Part shown: positions 62,988 through 64,000 of the stretch, one piece after another
Layout of the letters: each line of letters opens with the position of its first letter
How positions within the stretch are numbered: the stretch's first letter is position 1
Assembly (NCBI GenBank): GCA_039794845.1
Contig: JAUQVK010000112.1
Location: forward strand, 14,359-78,358
DNA: 64,000 bases
Direction: 5' to 3'
Origin: Thermostichus sp. DRC_bins_24
GTDB taxonomy: Bacteria > Cyanobacteriota > Cyanobacteriia > Thermostichales > Thermostichaceae
Program-made: the position numbers and the translations under genes
The notes under the pieces: generated by a model
Told to the model about the DNA's origin: nothing
Databases searched by the model: none
The model's input: only the letters and a program-made list of their open reading frames with translations

Positions 62988-63544
62988 TTCACCTCCAGCT
63001 TGATCAATCTTTCTTCCACAACGGCAACATTGCCGTAATCATCAACAATGTTGAGATACTCTCGGCTGTGCAAATAAACATAGCTATCCTGCCGGATCCC
63101 TCCTATAGGAATATCCAGGGATCCCACCCGTGCCGAGGCAATGGATCCCCAATCGGCTGAGCTATTGGTATCAATTCCCTTTCCCCATAGCAGATACTGT
63201 TGCGGGAGGACTTCTATAACCTTTAAGTTTTCTACTTCTTCTGACAATACTTCCCCTAAGGGATCCTCAGAGAGGAGCACTGCCCGTCCGGATCCCCGAT
63301 TTTGGTTCAGCCAGCGCAGCTCATGGGTTTCAGTGAAAATTTTTGCCTCGAAAACTTTGGCCAAATCAACTGGAGATTCCAGTCTATCCACTAAATGTCC
63401 ATTCTCCCATCGCACAAAAGAACAGGCATCTGGGGCATAGAGTAAGCCAATCCCATTGATTAAATAGGGGCTGCAAGCTGCCAAAGCATCTACCAAAGTT
63501 ATCCCGTCACTTGCTCGCCCATAAAGGGTTATTTCTGAAGTCAT
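62984..63544 (-). CDS. csx19: Type III-D CRISPR-associated protein Csx19 (TIGR03984-like)
   Basis: FEAKIF...ELRW, QQYLLWG, REYL...YGN..VVEERL; positioned between RAMP genes with ATGA overlaps. Confidence 0.9.
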   Translation of the reverse strand: MTSEITLYGRASDGITLVDALAACSPYLINGIGLLYAPDACSFVRWENGHLVDRLESPVDLAKVFEAKIFTETHELRWLNQNRGSGRAVLLSEDPLGEVLSEEVENLKVIEVLPQQYLLWGKGIDTNSSADWGSIASARVGSLDIPIGGIRQDSYVYLHSREYLNIVDDYGNVAVVEERLIKLEVK

Positions 63545-64000
63545 GAACCTACCTCCTGCTGCCATGCTTGTTGTAAAAGCTTGAGGAGATTTTCGGGAAC
63601 CTGAGATATATCTCCCCCTCTCAGCACTAACCCATGCAATCCCTGAAGCTGGGGATCCCCCTGCACAGAAAACTTCACTTGATTGATCTGAATTGCTCCC
63701 AAGCCTCGATTCACCCCAAATCCTATCGGGATCCTGCCATGAGCCATATCTCGCAAGAGCAAAAACACAAGAGCCACTACAGATAAAGGGTTCTTGCCCG
63801 CTCGATCCAAATCAAGCCGCAAATAAATGGGATCCCAGTCTATTCCTATTGGCTCCAAAGTTGAATAGAGAAACCCATCAGCAGCCCCACCCGTCCAACG
63901 ATCAATAGCCACATGAAAGGCTTGTTGGGTGTGATTTAAGTTGGCATTATTAAGAGCTAGCTGCAAATCTTCAGATTTTTCAGCGGTGGTGATAGTCTGC
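63541..64000 (-). CDS. Cas7/Csm3-group RAMP protein, C-terminal part (start outside window)
   Basis: HVAIDRWTGGA, LLLRDM..G.IPIGFGVNRGLG. Confidence 0.9.
   Translation of the reverse strand, partial: QTITTAEKSEDLQLALNNANLNHTQQAFHVAIDRWTGGAADGFLYSTLEPIGIDWDPIYLRLDLDRAGKNPLSVVALVFLLLRDMAHGRIPIGFGVNRGLGAIQINQVKFSVQGDPQLQGLHGLVLRGGDISQVPENLLKLLQQAWQQEVGS

Noticed and set aside
57400..64000. CRISPR array
   Set aside because: No regularly spaced 25-40-bp repeats seen here or elsewhere in the window; the array, cas10 and cas6 presumably lie outside.

Overview
A 64-kb chromosomal window from a cyanobacterium. It is most likely the hot-spring Thermostichus (Synechococcus OS-A/OS-B') lineage, inferred from cyanobacterial markers (pipX, Yfr1, cyanobacterial-type 6S RNA) and the very high density of the palindrome GGGATCCC. 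Most of it is housekeeping: argB, lptF/G, an ArsA-family ATPase, ligA, clpX, a TrkA/TrkH K+ uptake pair, rnhA, mgtE, an intein-containing class II RNR (nrdJ), pheS, pipX, a tandem QueD, nurA, tRNA-Thr(TGT), a Pho-box-controlled Na/Pi symporter-PstS cluster, ileS, cysC, argD, cobQ, tilS, hrcA and ureAB. There are two accessory zones. The first (about 3.2-5.6 kb) is a decay zone with a broken repeat protein, a frameshifted ISL3, a type IIG restriction-modification fragment and a solitary integron-type attC site. The second (57.4-64 kb) is the distal end of a type III-D CRISPR-Cas operon (Cas7, Csx19, Cas7-insertion RAMP) followed by a CARF-RelE (Cami1-like) gene and a Uma2 nuclease translationally coupled to a CARF-HEPN gene. 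No CRISPR array lies in the window. Small elements the ORF track misses or leaves unexplained include two TA-flanked MITE copies (one with a nested 24-nt insertion), IS200/IS605 end remnants, a 41-aa lipoprotein, a 74-aa double-FxxM protein resembling phycobilisome core linkers, and a candidate sRNA. All family assignments come from reading motifs by eye; no database searches were run.
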